A stretch of 64,000 nt of DNA from Escherichia coli (lineage in GTDB: Bacteria > Pseudomonadota > Gammaproteobacteria > Enterobacterales > Enterobacteriaceae). Location: assembly GCF_030013595.1 (NCBI RefSeq), contig NZ_CP122768.1; one strand, given 5' to 3'. The position numbers and the translations under genes are program-made. Each line of letters begins with the position of its first letter. The stretch's first letter is position 1. Below are positions 25,337 through 37,688 of this stretch, piece by piece. The notes beneath the pieces are model-generated. The model had not been told where the DNA came from. It saw only the letters and a list, made by a program, of their open reading frames with translations, and did not search any database.

Positions 25337-27139
25337 ATGGTGAACAATATGACCGACTTAACCGCGCAAGAACCCGCCTGGCAGACCCGCGATCATCTTG
25401 ATGATCCGGTGATTGGCGAACTGCGCAACCGTTTTGGGCCGGATGCCTTTACTGTTCAGGCGACTCGCACCGGGGTTCCCGTTGTGTGGATCAAGCGTGA
25501 ACAATTACTGGAAGTTGGCGATTTCTTAAAGAAACTGCCGAAACCTTACGTCATGCTGTTTGACTTACACGGCATGGACGAACGTCTGCGCACACACCGC
25601 GAAGGGTTACCTGCCGCGGATTTTTCCGTTTTCTACCATCTGATTTCTATCGATCGTAACCGCGACATCATGCTGAAGGTGGCGCTGGCAGAAAACGACC
25701 TGCACGTACCGACCTTCACCAAACTGTTCCCGAACGCTAACTGGTATGAGCGTGAGACCTGGGATCTGTTTGGCATTACTTTCGACGGTCACCCGAACCT
25801 GCGCCGCATCATGATGCCGCAAACCTGGAAAGGTCACCCGCTGCGTAAAGATTACCCGGCGCGCGCTACCGAATTCTCGCCGTTTGAGCTGACCAAAGCC
25901 AAACAGGATCTGGAGATGGAAGCCCTGACCTTCAAACCGGAAGAGTGGGGGATGAAGCGCGGAACCGAAAACGAGGACTTCATGTTCCTCAACCTCGGCC
26001 CGAACCACCCGTCGGCGCACGGGGCTTTCCGTATCGTTTTGCAGCTCGATGGCGAAGAGATTGTCGACTGCGTACCAGACATCGGCTACCACCACCGTGG
26101 CGCGGAGAAAATGGGCGAGCGCCAGTCCTGGCATAGCTACATTCCTTATACCGACCGTATCGAATACCTCGGCGGCTGCGTTAACGAAATGCCTTACGTA
26201 CTGGCGGTAGAGAAACTGGCAGGGATCACCGTGCCGGATCGCGTTAACGTCATTCGCGTAATGCTTTCTGAGCTGTTCCGCATCAACAGCCACCTGCTGT
26301 ATATCTCGACCTTTATTCAGGACGTCGGCGCGATGACGCCAGTGTTCTTCGCCTTTACCGATCGTCAGAAAATTTACGATCTGGTGGAAGCAATCACTGG
26401 TTTTCGTATGCACCCGGCGTGGTTCCGTATTGGCGGCGTAGCGCACGACCTGCCGCGCGGCTGGGATCGCCTGCTGCGTGAGTTCCTCGACTGGATGCCG
26501 AAACGTCTGGCGTCTTACGAGAAAGCGGCGCTGCAAAACACCATTCTGAAAGGTCGTTCCCAGGGCGTTGCCGCCTATGGCGCGAAAGAGGCGCTGGAGT
26601 GGGGCACCACTGGCGCGGGCCTGCGCGCCACCGGGATCGACTTCGACGTGCGTAAGGCGCGTCCTTATTCTGGCTATGAAAACTTCGACTTTGAAATCCC
26701 GGTGGGTGGTGGTGTTTCTGACTGCTACACCCGCGTAATGCTGAAAGTGGAAGAGCTGCGCCAGAGTCTGCGCATTCTTGAGCAGTGCCTCAACAACATG
26801 CCGGAAGGCCCGTTCAAAGCGGATCATCCGCTGACCACGCCGCCGCCGAAAGAGCGCACGCTGCAACATATCGAAACCCTGATCACCCACTTCCTGCAAG
26901 TGTCGTGGGGTCCGGTGATGCCAGCCAATGAATCTTTCCAGATGATTGAGGCGACCAAGGGGATCAACAGTTACTACCTGACCAGCGACGGTAGCACCAT
27001 GAGTTATCGCACCCGTATCCGTACGCCGAGTTATGCGCATTTGCAGCAAATTCCGGCGGCGATCCGCGGCAGCCTGGTGTCTGACCTGATTGTTTATCTG
27101 GGCAGTATCGATTTTGTTATGTCAGATGTGGACCGCTAA
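25337..27139 (+). CDS. nuoC: NADH-quinone oxidoreductase fused subunit C/D (600 aa from ATG 25337; alternative start ATG 25349 gives 596 aa)
   Basis: ORF 25337..27139; single polypeptide carrying both the NuoC-like and NuoD-like halves. Confidence 0.93.
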
Positions 27140-27141
27140 TT

Positions 27142-27642
27142 ATGCACGAGAATCAACAACCACAAACCGAGGCTTTTGAGCTGAGTGCGGCAGAGCGTGA
27201 AGCGATTGAGCACGAGATGCACCACTACGAAGACCCGCGTGCGGCGTCCATTGAAGCGCTGAAAATCGTTCAGAAGCAGCGTGGCTGGGTGCCGGATGGC
27301 GCGATCCACGCGCTCGCCGATGTGCTGGGTATTCCGGCGAGCGACGTCGAAGGCGTGGCAACGTTCTATAGCCAGATCTTCCGCCAGCCGGTTGGTCGCC
27401 ATGTGATCCGTTATTGCGACAGCGTGGTCTGTCACATCAACGGTTACCAGGGTATTCAGGCGGCGCTGGAGAAAAAGCTGAACATCAAACCAGGGCAAAC
27501 GACATTTGATGGCCGCTTTACGCTGCTGCCAACTTGCTGCCTGGGGAACTGCGACAAAGGGCCAAACATGATGATCGATGAGGACACTCACGCGCATCTG
27601 ACCCCGGAAGCGATCCCTGAACTGCTGGAGCGGTATAAATGA
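27142..27642 (+). CDS. nuoE: NADH-quinone oxidoreductase subunit E (166 aa)
   Basis: ORF 27142..27642; 2Fe-2S cysteines. Confidence 0.95.
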   Translation: MHENQQPQTEAFELSAAEREAIEHEMHHYEDPRAASIEALKIVQKQRGWVPDGAIHALADVLGIPASDVEGVATFYSQIFRQPVGRHVIRYCDSVVCHINGYQGIQAALEKKLNIKPGQTTFDGRFTLLPTCCLGNCDKGPNMMIDEDTHAHLTPEAIPELLERYK

Positions 27643-28976
27643 AAAACATTATCCGTACTCCCGAAACGCATCCGCTGACCTGGCGTCTGCGCGATGACAA
27701 ACAGCCAGTGTGGCTGGACGAATATCGCAGCAAAAACGGTTACGAAGGCGCGCGTAAGGCGCTGACCGGGCTGTCTCCGGACGAAATCGTTAATCAGGTA
27801 AAAGACGCTGGTCTGAAAGGGCGCGGCGGCGCGGGCTTTTCTACCGGCCTGAAATGGAGCCTGATGCCGAAAGACGAATCCATGAACATCCGTTACCTGC
27901 TGTGTAACGCCGATGAAATGGAGCCGGGCACCTATAAAGACCGCCTGCTGATGGAACAACTGCCGCACCTGCTGGTGGAAGGTATGCTCATCTCCGCGTT
28001 TGCGCTGAAAGCGTACCGTGGCTACATCTTCCTGCGCGGCGAATATATCGAAGCGGCAGTGAATCTGCGCCGTGCCATTGCCGAAGCCACCGAAGCAGGC
28101 CTGCTTGGCAAAAACATTATGGGAACAGGTTTCGATTTCGAACTGTTCGTCCATACCGGGGCTGGGCGCTACATCTGCGGTGAAGAAACAGCGTTAATCA
28201 ACTCCCTGGAAGGGCGTCGCGCTAACCCACGCTCGAAGCCTCCATTCCCGGCAACCTCCGGTGCATGGGGCAAACCGACCTGTGTCAATAACGTCGAAAC
28301 CCTGTGTAACGTTCCGGCGATCCTCGCTAACGGCGTGGAGTGGTATCAGAACATCTCGAAAAGTAAAGATGCTGGTACCAAGCTGATGGGCTTCTCCGGT
28401 CGGGTGAAAAATCCGGGCCTGTGGGAACTGCCGTTCGGCACCACCGCACGCGAGATCCTCGAAGATTACGCCGGTGGTATGCGTGACGGTCTGAAATTCA
28501 AAGCCTGGCAGCCAGGCGGCGCTGGCACCGACTTCCTGACCGAAGCGCACCTTGATCTGCCGATGGAATTCGAAAGTATCGGTAAAGCGGGAAGCCGTCT
28601 GGGTACGGCGCTGGCGATGGCGGTTGACCATGAGATCAACATGGTGTCGCTGGTGCGTAACCTGGAAGAGTTTTTCGCCCGTGAGTCCTGCGGCTGGTGT
28701 ACGCCGTGCCGCGACGGTCTGCCGTGGAGCGTGAAAATTCTGCGTGCGCTGGAGCGTGGCGAAGGTCAGCCGGGCGATATCGAAACACTTGAGCAACTGT
28801 GTCGATTCTTAGGCCCGGGTAAAACTTTCTGTGCCCACGCACCTGGTGCAGTGGAGCCGTTACAGAGCGCCATCAAATATTTCCGCGAAGAATTTGAGGC
28901 GGGAATCAAACAGCCGTTCAGCAATACCCATTTGATTAATGGGATTCAGCCGAACCTGCTGAAAGAGCGCTGGTAA
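27639..28976 (+). CDS. nuoF: NADH-quinone oxidoreductase subunit F (445 aa)
   Basis: ORF 27639..28976; overlaps the nuoE stop by 4 bp; FMN/NADH-binding GxGGAGF motif and [10 protein letters not shown] 4Fe-4S motif. Confidence 0.96.
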   Translation: MKNIIRTPETHPLTWRLRDDKQPVWLDEYRSKNGYEGARKALTGLSPDEIVNQVKDAGLKGRGGAGFSTGLKWSLMPKDESMNIRYLLCNADEMEPGTYKDRLLMEQLPHLLVEGMLISAFALKAYRGYIFLRGEYIEAAVNLRRAIAEATEAGLLGKNIMGTGFDFELFVHTGAGRYICGEETALINSLEGRRANPRSKPPFPATSGAWGKPTCVNNVETLCNVPAILANGVEWYQNISKSKDAGTKLMGFSGRVKNPGLWELPFGTTAREILEDYAGGMRDGLKFKAWQPGGAGTDFLTEAHLDLPMEFESIGKAGSRLGTALAMAVDHEINMVSLVRNLEEFFARESCGWCTPCRDGLPWSVKILRALERGEGQPGDIETLEQLCRFLGPGKTFCAHAPGAVEPLQSAIKYFREEFEAGIKQPFSNTHLINGIQPNLLKERW

Positions 28977-29028
28977 CCGAATTTCGATTAACGCTCAGTC
29001 TCTGACTGAGAAAACTGGAAGCATGCTA

Positions 29029-31755
29029 ATGGCTACAATTCATGTAGACGGCAAAGAATACGAGGTCAACGGAGCGGACAACCTGCTGGAAGCTTGTCTG
29101 TCTCTGGGCCTTGATATTCCTTACTTTTGCTGGCATCCGGCGCTGGGAAGCGTCGGTGCTTGCCGCCAGTGTGCGGTGAAGCAATACCAAAACGCGGAAG
29201 ACACGCGTGGTCGCCTGGTGATGTCCTGTATGACACCGGCTTCCGATGGCACCTTTATTTCCATTGACGACGAAGAAGCGAAACAGTTCCGTGAAAGTGT
29301 GGTCGAGTGGTTAATGACCAACCACCCGCACGACTGTCCGGTATGTGAAGAGGGCGGTAACTGCCATCTTCAGGATATGACTGTGATGACCGGACACAGC
29401 TTCCGTCGCTACCGTTTCACCAAACGTACCCACCGTAATCAGGATTTGGGGCCATTCATCTCTCACGAAATGAACCGCTGCATCGCCTGCTACCGCTGCG
29501 TGCGTTACTACAAAGATTACGCTGACGGCACGGATCTGGGCGTTTACGGTGCGCACGACAACGTCTACTTCGGTCGCCCGGAAGACGGCACGCTGGAAAG
29601 CGAATTTTCCGGTAACCTGGTCGAAATTTGCCCGACCGGCGTATTCACCGACAAAACGCACTCCGAGCGTTACAACCGTAAATGGGATATGCAGTTTGCG
29701 CCGAGCATCTGCCAGCAATGTTCCATCGGCTGTAACATCAGCCCCGGCGAGCGTTATGGCGAACTGCGTCGTATCGAAAACCGTTACAACGGTACGGTAA
29801 ACCACTACTTCCTCTGCGACCGTGGTCGTTTCGGTTACGGTTACGTCAACCTGAAAGATCGTCCGCGTCAGCCAGTACAGCGTCGTGGCGATGATTTCAT
29901 TACCCTCAATGCCGAACAGGCAATGCAGGGCGCAGCAGATATTCTGCGCCAGTCGAAGAAAGTGATCGGCATCGGTTCTCCGCGTGCCAGCGTAGAAAGC
30001 AACTTTGCGCTGCGTGAACTGGTGGGCGAAGAAAACTTCTATACCGGTATCGCTCACGGTGAGCAGGAACGTCTGCAACTGGCGCTGAAAGTGCTACGTG
30101 AAGGCGGCATTTATACTCCGGCACTGCGCGAAATCGAATCTTACGATGCGGTACTGGTGCTGGGCGAAGACGTTACCCAGACCGGCGCGCGCGTCGCGCT
30201 GGCAGTTCGTCAGGCGGTGAAAGGTAAAGCGCGCGAAATGGCGGCAGCACAGAAAGTGGCTGACTGGCAGATTGCGGCAATCCTCAACATCGGTCAACGT
30301 GCGAAGCATCCGCTGTTTGTTACCAACGTTGATGATACCCGTCTGGATGATATCGCGGCGTGGACTTACCGCGCACCGGTTGAAGATCAGGCGCGTTTAG
30401 GTTTTGCCATCGCCCATGCGCTGGATAACTCCGCGCCAGCGGTTGACGGTATCGAACCTGAGCTGCAAAGCAAAATCGACGTCATCGTGCAGGCACTGGC
30501 TGGTGCGAAGAAACCGTTGATTATCTCCGGGACGAACGCTGGTAGCGCTGAAGTGATTCAGGCTGCGGCTAACGTGGCGAAAGCCCTGAAAGGTCGCGGC
30601 GCTGACGTCGGTATCACCATGATTGCCCGTTCCGTCAACAGCATGGGGCTGGGCATTATGGGCGGTGGATCGCTTGAAGAAGCGTTAACCGAACTGGAAA
30701 CCGGACGCGCCGACGCGGTGGTGGTGCTGGAAAACGATCTGCATCGTCACGCTTCCGCTACCCGTGTGAATGCTGCGCTGGCTAAAGCGCCGCTGGTGAT
30801 GGTGGTTGACCATCAACGCACAGCGATTATGGAAACCGCCCATCTGGTACTTTCTGCTGCCAGCTTTGCTGAAAGCGACGGTACGGTGATTAACAACGAA
30901 GGCCGTGCCCAACGTTTCTTCCAGGTTTACGATCCGGCTTATTACGACAGCAAAACTGTCATGCTGGAAAGCTGGCGTTGGTTACACTCGCTGCACAGCA
31001 CCTTGCTGAGCCGTGAAGTGGACTGGACGCAGCTCGACCATGTGATTGACGCTGTTGTGGCGAAAATCCCGGAACTGGCAGGTATCAAAGATGCTGCGCC
31101 GGATGCGACATTCCGTATTCGTGGGCAGAAACTGGCCCGTGAGCCGCACCGTTACAGCGGTCGTACCGCCATGCGCGCCAATATCAGCGTTCATGAGCCG
31201 CGTCAGCCGCAGGATATTGACACCATGTTCACCTTCTCGATGGAAGGTAACAACCAGCCGACCGCGCACCGTTCGCAAGTGCCGTTTGCCTGGGCACCGG
31301 GCTGGAACTCCCCGCAGGCGTGGAACAAATTCCAGGACGAAGTGGGCGGCAAACTGCGCTTTGGCGATCCGGGCGTGCGTCTGTTTGAAACCAGCGAAAA
31401 TGGTCTGGATTACTTCACCAGCGTACCGGCACGCTTCCAGCCGCAGGACGGGAAATGGCGTATCGCGCCGTACTACCACCTGTTTGGCAGCGATGAATTG
31501 TCACAGCGTGCTCCGGTCTTCCAGAGTCGTATGCCGCAGCCGTACATCAAACTCAACCCAGCGGATGCCGCGAAGTTGGGTGTGAACGCGGGTACCCGCG
31601 TCTCCTTTAGTTACGATGGCAACACGGTCACGCTGCCGGTTGAAATCGCCGAAGGACTGACGGCAGGGCAGGTGGGCTTGCCGATGGGTATGTCCGGCAT
31701 TGCTCCGGTGCTGGCTGGCGCGCATCTTGAGGATCTCAAGGAGGCACAACAATGA
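29029..31755 (+). CDS. nuoG: NADH-quinone oxidoreductase subunit G (908 aa from [11 protein letters not shown] extends 2 codons further upstream)
   Basis: ORF 29023..31755; N-terminal ferredoxin-like Fe-S cysteine clusters. Confidence 0.95.
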
Positions 31756-32729
31756 GTTGGATATCACCGGAACTGATTGAGATCCTGCTGACCATCCTCA
31801 AAGCGGTGGTGATCCTGCTGGTGGTTGTCACCTGTGGGGCATTCATGAGCTTTGGCGAACGTCGCCTGCTGGGTCTGTTCCAGAACCGTTACGGACCTAA
31901 CCGTGTTGGCTGGGGCGGTTCGCTCCAGCTGGTCGCGGACATGATCAAGATGTTCTTCAAAGAAGACTGGATCCCGAAATTCTCGGATCGCGTCATCTTT
32001 ACCCTGGCACCGATGATTGCCTTTACCTCGCTGCTGCTGGCCTTTGCGATTGTGCCAGTCAGCCCAGGTTGGGTGGTTGCCGACCTGAACATCGGGATTT
32101 TGTTCTTCCTGATGATGGCCGGTCTGGCGGTCTACGCGGTGCTGTTTGCGGGCTGGTCAAGTAACAACAAATACTCGCTGCTGGGGGCGATGCGTGCTTC
32201 TGCGCAGACTCTGAGCTACGAAGTGTTCCTCGGGCTTTCCCTGATGGGCGTGGTGGCGCAGGCCGGTTCATTCAACATGACCGACATCGTCAACAGCCAG
32301 GCGCATGTGTGGAACGTCATCCCGCAATTCTTTGGTTTTATTACCTTTGCCATCGCGGGCGTGGCGGTGTGTCACCGTCACCCGTTTGACCAGCCGGAAG
32401 CCGAGCAGGAACTGGCGGATGGTTACCACATTGAATATTCCGGCATGAAGTTCGGTCTGTTCTTCGTGGGCGAATACATCGGGATTGTGACCATCTCTGC
32501 ACTGATGGTGACGCTGTTCTTCGGTGGCTGGCAAGGCCCGTTGTTACCGCCATTCATCTGGTTCGCGCTGAAAACCGCGTTCTTTATGATGATGTTCATT
32601 TTGATTCGTGCGTCGTTACCGCGTCCGCGTTATGACCAGGTAATGTCCTTCGGCTGGAAAATCTGCCTGCCGCTGACGCTGATCAACTTGCTGGTAACGG
32701 CGGCTGTCATTCTCTGGCAGGCGCAATAA
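31752..32729 (+). CDS. nuoH: NADH-quinone oxidoreductase subunit H (325 aa)
   Basis: ORF 31752..32729; overlaps the nuoG stop; membrane subunit. Confidence 0.95.
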
Positions 32730-32743
32730 GGGGCAATAAGACC

Positions 32744-33286
32744 ATGACCTTAAAAGAATTGTTAGTAGGTTTCGGCACCCAGATTCGTAGTATCTGGATG
32801 ATCGGCCTGCACGCGTTCGCCAAACGCGAAACGCGAATGTACCCGGAAGAGCCGGTCTATCTGCCGCCCCGTTATCGTGGTCGTATCGTTCTGACCCGCG
32901 ACCCGGACGGCGAAGAGCGTTGCGTAGCCTGTAACCTCTGTGCGGTAGCCTGCCCGGTCGGCTGTATCTCGCTGCAAAAAGCAGAAACCAAAGACGGTCG
33001 CTGGTATCCGGAATTTTTCCGCATCAACTTCTCACGCTGCATTTTCTGTGGCCTGTGCGAAGAAGCCTGTCCGACCACGGCGATTCAGTTAACCCCGGAT
33101 TTCGAAATGGGGGAATACAAGCGCCAGGATCTGGTTTACGAGAAAGAGGATCTGCTGATCTCCGGTCCGGGCAAATACCCGGAATATAACTTCTACCGGA
33201 TGGCAGGTATGGCAATCGACGGCAAAGATAAGGGCGAAGCAGAGAACGAAGCCAAGCCTATCGACGTCAAGAGCCTGTTACCGTAA
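32744..33286 (+). CDS. nuoI: NADH-quinone oxidoreductase subunit I (180 aa)
   Basis: ORF 32744..33286; two CxxCxxCxxxCP 4Fe-4S ferredoxin motifs. Confidence 0.95.
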   Translation: MTLKELLVGFGTQIRSIWMIGLHAFAKRETRMYPEEPVYLPPRYRGRIVLTRDPDGEERCVACNLCAVACPVGCISLQKAETKDGRWYPEFFRINFSRCIFCGLCEEACPTTAIQLTPDFEMGEYKRQDLVYEKEDLLISGPGKYPEYNFYRMAGMAIDGKDKGEAENEAKPIDVKSLLP

Positions 33287-33297
33287 GGAGAGGGGCA

Positions 33298-33852
33298 ATG
33301 GAGTTCGCTTTTTATATCTGTGGCCTGATAGCCATACTTGCGACCTTGCGAGTGATCACCCATACCAATCCGGTACACGCACTGCTGTACCTGATTATTT
33401 CGCTGCTGGCGATCTCTGGGGTGTTCTTCTCACTGGGCGCTTACTTTGCCGGTGCGCTGGAAATTATCGTCTACGCGGGTGCCATTATGGTGCTGTTCGT
33501 GTTCGTGGTGATGATGCTCAACCTGGGCGGTTCAGAAATTGAACAGGAACGCCAGTGGCTGAAACCGCAGGTGTGGATTGGTCCGGCGATTTTGTCGGCC
33601 ATCATGCTGGTGGTGATTGTTTACGCCATTCTCGGTGTTAACGATCAAGGTATCGACGGTACGCCAATCAGTGCTAAAGCAGTGGGTATTACGCTGTTCG
33701 GGCCTTACGTACTGGCGGTGGAACTGGCTTCTATGCTGCTGCTCGCGGGTCTGGTTGTGGCCTTCCACGTCGGTCGTGAAGAGCGTGCGGGTGAAGTGCT
33801 GAGCAATCGTAAAGACGACAGCGCGAAAAGAAAAACGGAGGAGCACGCATGA
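33298..33852 (+). CDS. nuoJ: NADH-quinone oxidoreductase subunit J (184 aa)
   Basis: ORF 33298..33852; membrane subunit. Confidence 0.94.
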
Positions 33853-34151
33853 TCCCCTTACAACATGGACTGATCCTCGCGGCAATCTTATTCGTTCTTG
33901 GCTTAACTGGTCTGGTTATCCGTCGCAATCTGCTGTTTATGCTGATTGGTCTGGAAATCATGATTAACGCCTCTGCGCTGGCCTTTGTGGTCGCCGGAAG
34001 CTACTGGGGCCAGACCGACGGTCAGGTGATGTATATTCTCGCCATCAGCCTCGCGGCGGCAGAAGCGAGTATCGGCCTTGCGCTGCTGCTGCAACTTCAC
34101 CGTCGTCGCCAGAACCTGAACATCGATTCAGTAAGTGAGATGCGCGGATGA
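33849..34151 (+). CDS. nuoK: NADH-quinone oxidoreductase subunit K (100 aa)
   Basis: ORF 33849..34151; overlaps neighbours by 4 bp on each side. Confidence 0.94.
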
Positions 34152-35989
34152 ACATGCTTGCCTTAACCATTATTTTGCCATTGATTGGCTTTGTCCTGCT
34201 GGCGTTCTCCCGTGGGCGCTGGTCTGAAAACGTCTCGGCGATCGTTGGCGTTGGCTCTGTAGGCCTGGCGGCGCTGGTAACTGCCTTTATTGGCGTCGAC
34301 TTCTTCGCTAACGGCGAGCAGGCATACAGCCAGCCGCTGTGGACATGGATGTCGGTAGGCGACTTTAACATCGGTTTTAACCTGGTGCTGGACGGCCTGT
34401 CGCTGACCATGCTTTCGGTGGTCACTGGTGTGGGTTTCCTTATTCACATGTACGCCTCCTGGTATATGCGCGGTGAAGAGGGCTACTCTCGCTTCTTCGC
34501 TTACACCAACCTGTTCATCGCCAGCATGGTAGTTCTGGTGCTTGCCGACAACCTGCTGCTGATGTACCTCGGCTGGGAAGGCGTGGGCCTGTGCTCCTAT
34601 CTGCTGATCGGTTTCTATTACACCGATCCGAAGAATGGCGCAGCGGCAATGAAAGCGTTCGTCGTGACCCGTGTGGGTGACGTGTTCCTCGCTTTCGCGC
34701 TGTTCATTCTTTACAACGAACTGGGCACCCTGAACTTCCGCGAGATGGTGGAACTGGCACCAGCGCACTTTGCTGACGGCAATAACATGCTGATGTGGGC
34801 GACGCTGATGCTGCTGGGCGGTGCGGTCGGTAAATCTGCGCAGTTGCCGTTGCAGACATGGCTTGCCGACGCGATGGCGGGCCCGACGCCTGTCTCCGCG
34901 CTGATCCACGCCGCAACCATGGTAACCGCGGGTGTCTACCTGATCGCCCGTACCCACGGCCTGTTCCTGATGACGCCGGAAGTTCTGCATCTGGTGGGCA
35001 TTGTTGGGGCGGTTACGCTGCTGCTGGCCGGTTTTGCCGCGCTGGTACAGACCGATATCAAACGTGTTCTCGCTTACTCTACCATGAGCCAGATTGGCTA
35101 CATGTTCCTCGCGCTTGGCGTACAGGCATGGGATGCGGCGATTTTCCACTTGATGACTCACGCGTTCTTTAAAGCGCTGCTGTTCCTGGCATCCGGTTCC
35201 GTCATTCTGGCCTGCCATCACGAACAGAACATCTTCAAGATGGGCGGTCTGCGTAAATCTATTCCGCTGGTTTATCTCTGCTTCCTGGTGGGTGGCGCAG
35301 CACTGTCGGCACTGCCGCTGGTCACTGCGGGCTTCTTCAGTAAGGATGAGATCCTCGCGGGTGCGATGGCGAATGGTCATATCAATCTGATGGTGGCAGG
35401 TCTGGTCGGTGCGTTTATGACCTCGCTCTACACCTTCCGTATGATTTTCATCGTCTTCCACGGAAAAGAACAAATTCACGCTCACGCCGTGAAAGGGATA
35501 ACTCACAGCCTGCCGCTGATTGTGCTGCTGATCCTTTCCACCTTCGTTGGCGCACTGATTGTACCGCCGCTGCAGGGCGTGCTTCCGCAAACGACGGAGC
35601 TGGCGCACGGCAGCATGTTGACCCTGGAAATTACCTCTGGCGTGGTCGCGGTGGTCGGCATTCTGCTGGCAGCCTGGCTGTGGCTGGGTAAACGTACTCT
35701 GGTGACCTCCATCGCCAACAGTGCTCCGGGCCGTCTGCTGGGCACCTGGTGGTACAACGCCTGGGGCTTTGACTGGCTGTATGACAAAGTGTTCGTCAAG
35801 CCGTTCCTGGGTATTGCCTGGTTGCTGAAACGCGATCCGCTGAACTCAATGATGAACATCCCGGCTGTCCTTTCCCGCTTTGCAGGTAAAGGTCTGCTGT
35901 TAAGCGAGAACGGTTATCTGCGCTGGTATGTGGCATCCATGAGCATCGGTGCGGTCGTGGTGCTGGCACTGTTGATGGTACTGCGTTGA
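34148..35989 (+). CDS. nuoL: NADH-quinone oxidoreductase subunit L (613 aa)
   Basis: ORF 34148..35989; antiporter-like membrane subunit. Confidence 0.95.
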
Positions 35990-36030
35990 GTTAAGGATTG
36001 TGGGCTTGCCCCTGGGCATATAAGAACGTA

Positions 36031-36065
36031 GGTCGGATAAGCCGCATTCGCGGTGCATCCGACAC
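36031..36065. repeat. REP-like palindromic element in the nuoL-nuoM intergenic region
   Basis: GGTCGGATAAGCCGCATTCGCGGTGCATCCGACAC resembles the REP/PU family core. Confidence 0.5.
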
Positions 36066-36152
36066 TACCCCCAATCCGAAGAGAATTTTCTGTCGTGAGA
36101 ATTCGTTGAAAATCCGGTCCTGACGGGACTTTTACAAGGAATAAAGATCGCC

Positions 36153-37682
36153 ATGTTACTACCCTGGCTAATATTAATTCCCTTTATCGGCGGCTTCCTG
36201 TGCTGGCAGACCGAACGCTTTGGCGTCAAGGTGCCGCGCTGGATCGCGCTGATCACCATGGGATTGACGCTGGCGCTGTCGCTGCAACTGTGGTTGCAGG
36301 GCGGTTATTCACTGACGCAATCCGCCGGAATTCCGCAGTGGCAGTCTGAATTCGACATGCCGTGGATCCCGCGTTTTGGTATCTCTATCCATCTCGCCAT
36401 TGACGGGCTATCGCTGCTGATGGTCGTGCTGACCGGTCTGCTCGGTGTGCTGGCGGTACTCTGTTCGTGGAAAGAGATCGAAAAATATCAGGGCTTCTTC
36501 CACCTCAACCTGATGTGGATCCTGGGCGGCGTTATCGGCGTGTTCCTTGCCATCGACATGTTCCTGTTCTTCTTCTTCTGGGAAATGATGCTGGTGCCGA
36601 TGTACTTCCTGATCGCACTGTGGGGGCATAAAGCCTCTGACGGTAAAACGCGTATCACGGCGGCAACCAAGTTCTTCATTTACACCCAGGCGAGTGGTCT
36701 GGTGATGTTGATCGCCATCCTGGCGCTGGTTTTTGTTCACTACAATGCGACTGGCGTCTGGACCTTCAACTATGAAGAGCTGCTGAATACGCCAATGTCT
36801 AACGGCGTGGAATATTTGCTGATGCTGGGCTTCTTCATCGCGTTTGCGGTGAAAATGCCGGTGGTACCGCTGCATGGCTGGCTGCCGGATGCGCACTCAC
36901 AGGCTCCGACCGCCGGTTCCGTGGACCTCGCGGGGATCTTGCTGAAAACCGCCGCTTACGGTCTGCTGCGTTTCTCCCTACCGCTGTTCCCGAACGCGTC
37001 GGCAGAGTTCGCGCCAATCGCTATGTGGCTGGGTGTTATCGGCATCTTCTACGGTGCGTGGATGGCCTTCGCCCAGACCGATATCAAACGTCTGATCGCC
37101 TACACCTCGGTTTCCCACATGGGCTTCGTGCTGATTGCTATCTATACCGGCAGCCAGTTGGCCTACCAGGGCGCGGTAATCCAGATGATTGCGCACGGCT
37201 TGTCGGCGGCGGGTCTGTTTATTCTCTGCGGTCAGCTTTATGAACGTATCCATACCCGCGACATGCGCATGATGGGCGGTCTGTGGAGCAAGATGAAATG
37301 GCTGCCAGCACTGTCGCTGTTCTTTGCGGTGGCAACGCTTGGGATGCCTGGCACCGGTAACTTCGTCGGCGAATTTATGATTCTGTTCGGCAGCTTCCAG
37401 GTTGTCCCGGTGATTACCGTTATCTCTACCTTTGGGCTGGTCTTTGCATCTGTTTATTCGCTGGCGATGTTGCATCGCGCTTACTTCGGTAAAGCGAAAA
37501 GCCAGATTGCCAGCCAGGAACTGCCAGGGATGTCGCTGCGTGAGCTGTTTATGATCCTGTTGCTGGTGGTGCTGCTGGTACTGCTGGGCTTCTATCCGCA
37601 GCCGATTCTGGATACCTCGCATTCCGCGATTGGCAATATCCAGCAGTGGTTTGTTAATTCCGTTACTACTACAAGGCCGTAA
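36153..37682 (+). CDS. nuoM: NADH-quinone oxidoreductase subunit M (509 aa)
   Basis: ORF 36153..37682. Confidence 0.95.
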   Translation: MLLPWLILIPFIGGFLCWQTERFGVKVPRWIALITMGLTLALSLQLWLQGGYSLTQSAGIPQWQSEFDMPWIPRFGISIHLAIDGLSLLMVVLTGLLGVLAVLCSWKEIEKYQGFFHLNLMWILGGVIGVFLAIDMFLFFFFWEMMLVPMYFLIALWGHKASDGKTRITAATKFFIYTQASGLVMLIAILALVFVHYNATGVWTFNYEELLNTPMSNGVEYLLMLGFFIAFAVKMPVVPLHGWLPDAHSQAPTAGSVDLAGILLKTAAYGLLRFSLPLFPNASAEFAPIAMWLGVIGIFYGAWMAFAQTDIKRLIAYTSVSHMGFVLIAIYTGSQLAYQGAVIQMIAHGLSAAGLFILCGQLYERIHTRDMRMMGGLWSKMKWLPALSLFFAVATLGMPGTGNFVGEFMILFGSFQVVPVITVISTFGLVFASVYSLAMLHRAYFGKAKSQIASQELPGMSLRELFMILLLVVLLVLLGFYPQPILDTSHSAIGNIQQWFVNSVTTTRP

Positions 37683-37688
37683 ATCGCC

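Noticed and set aside
25607-27049. 480-aa ORF on the minus strand antisense to nuoC(D)
   Set aside because: Shadow ORF inside nuoC; no motif content, arginine-rich translation.
34163-35608. 481-aa ORF on the minus strand antisense to nuoL
   Set aside because: Shadow ORF inside nuoL; extremely R/Q/H-rich translation with no protein-like features.
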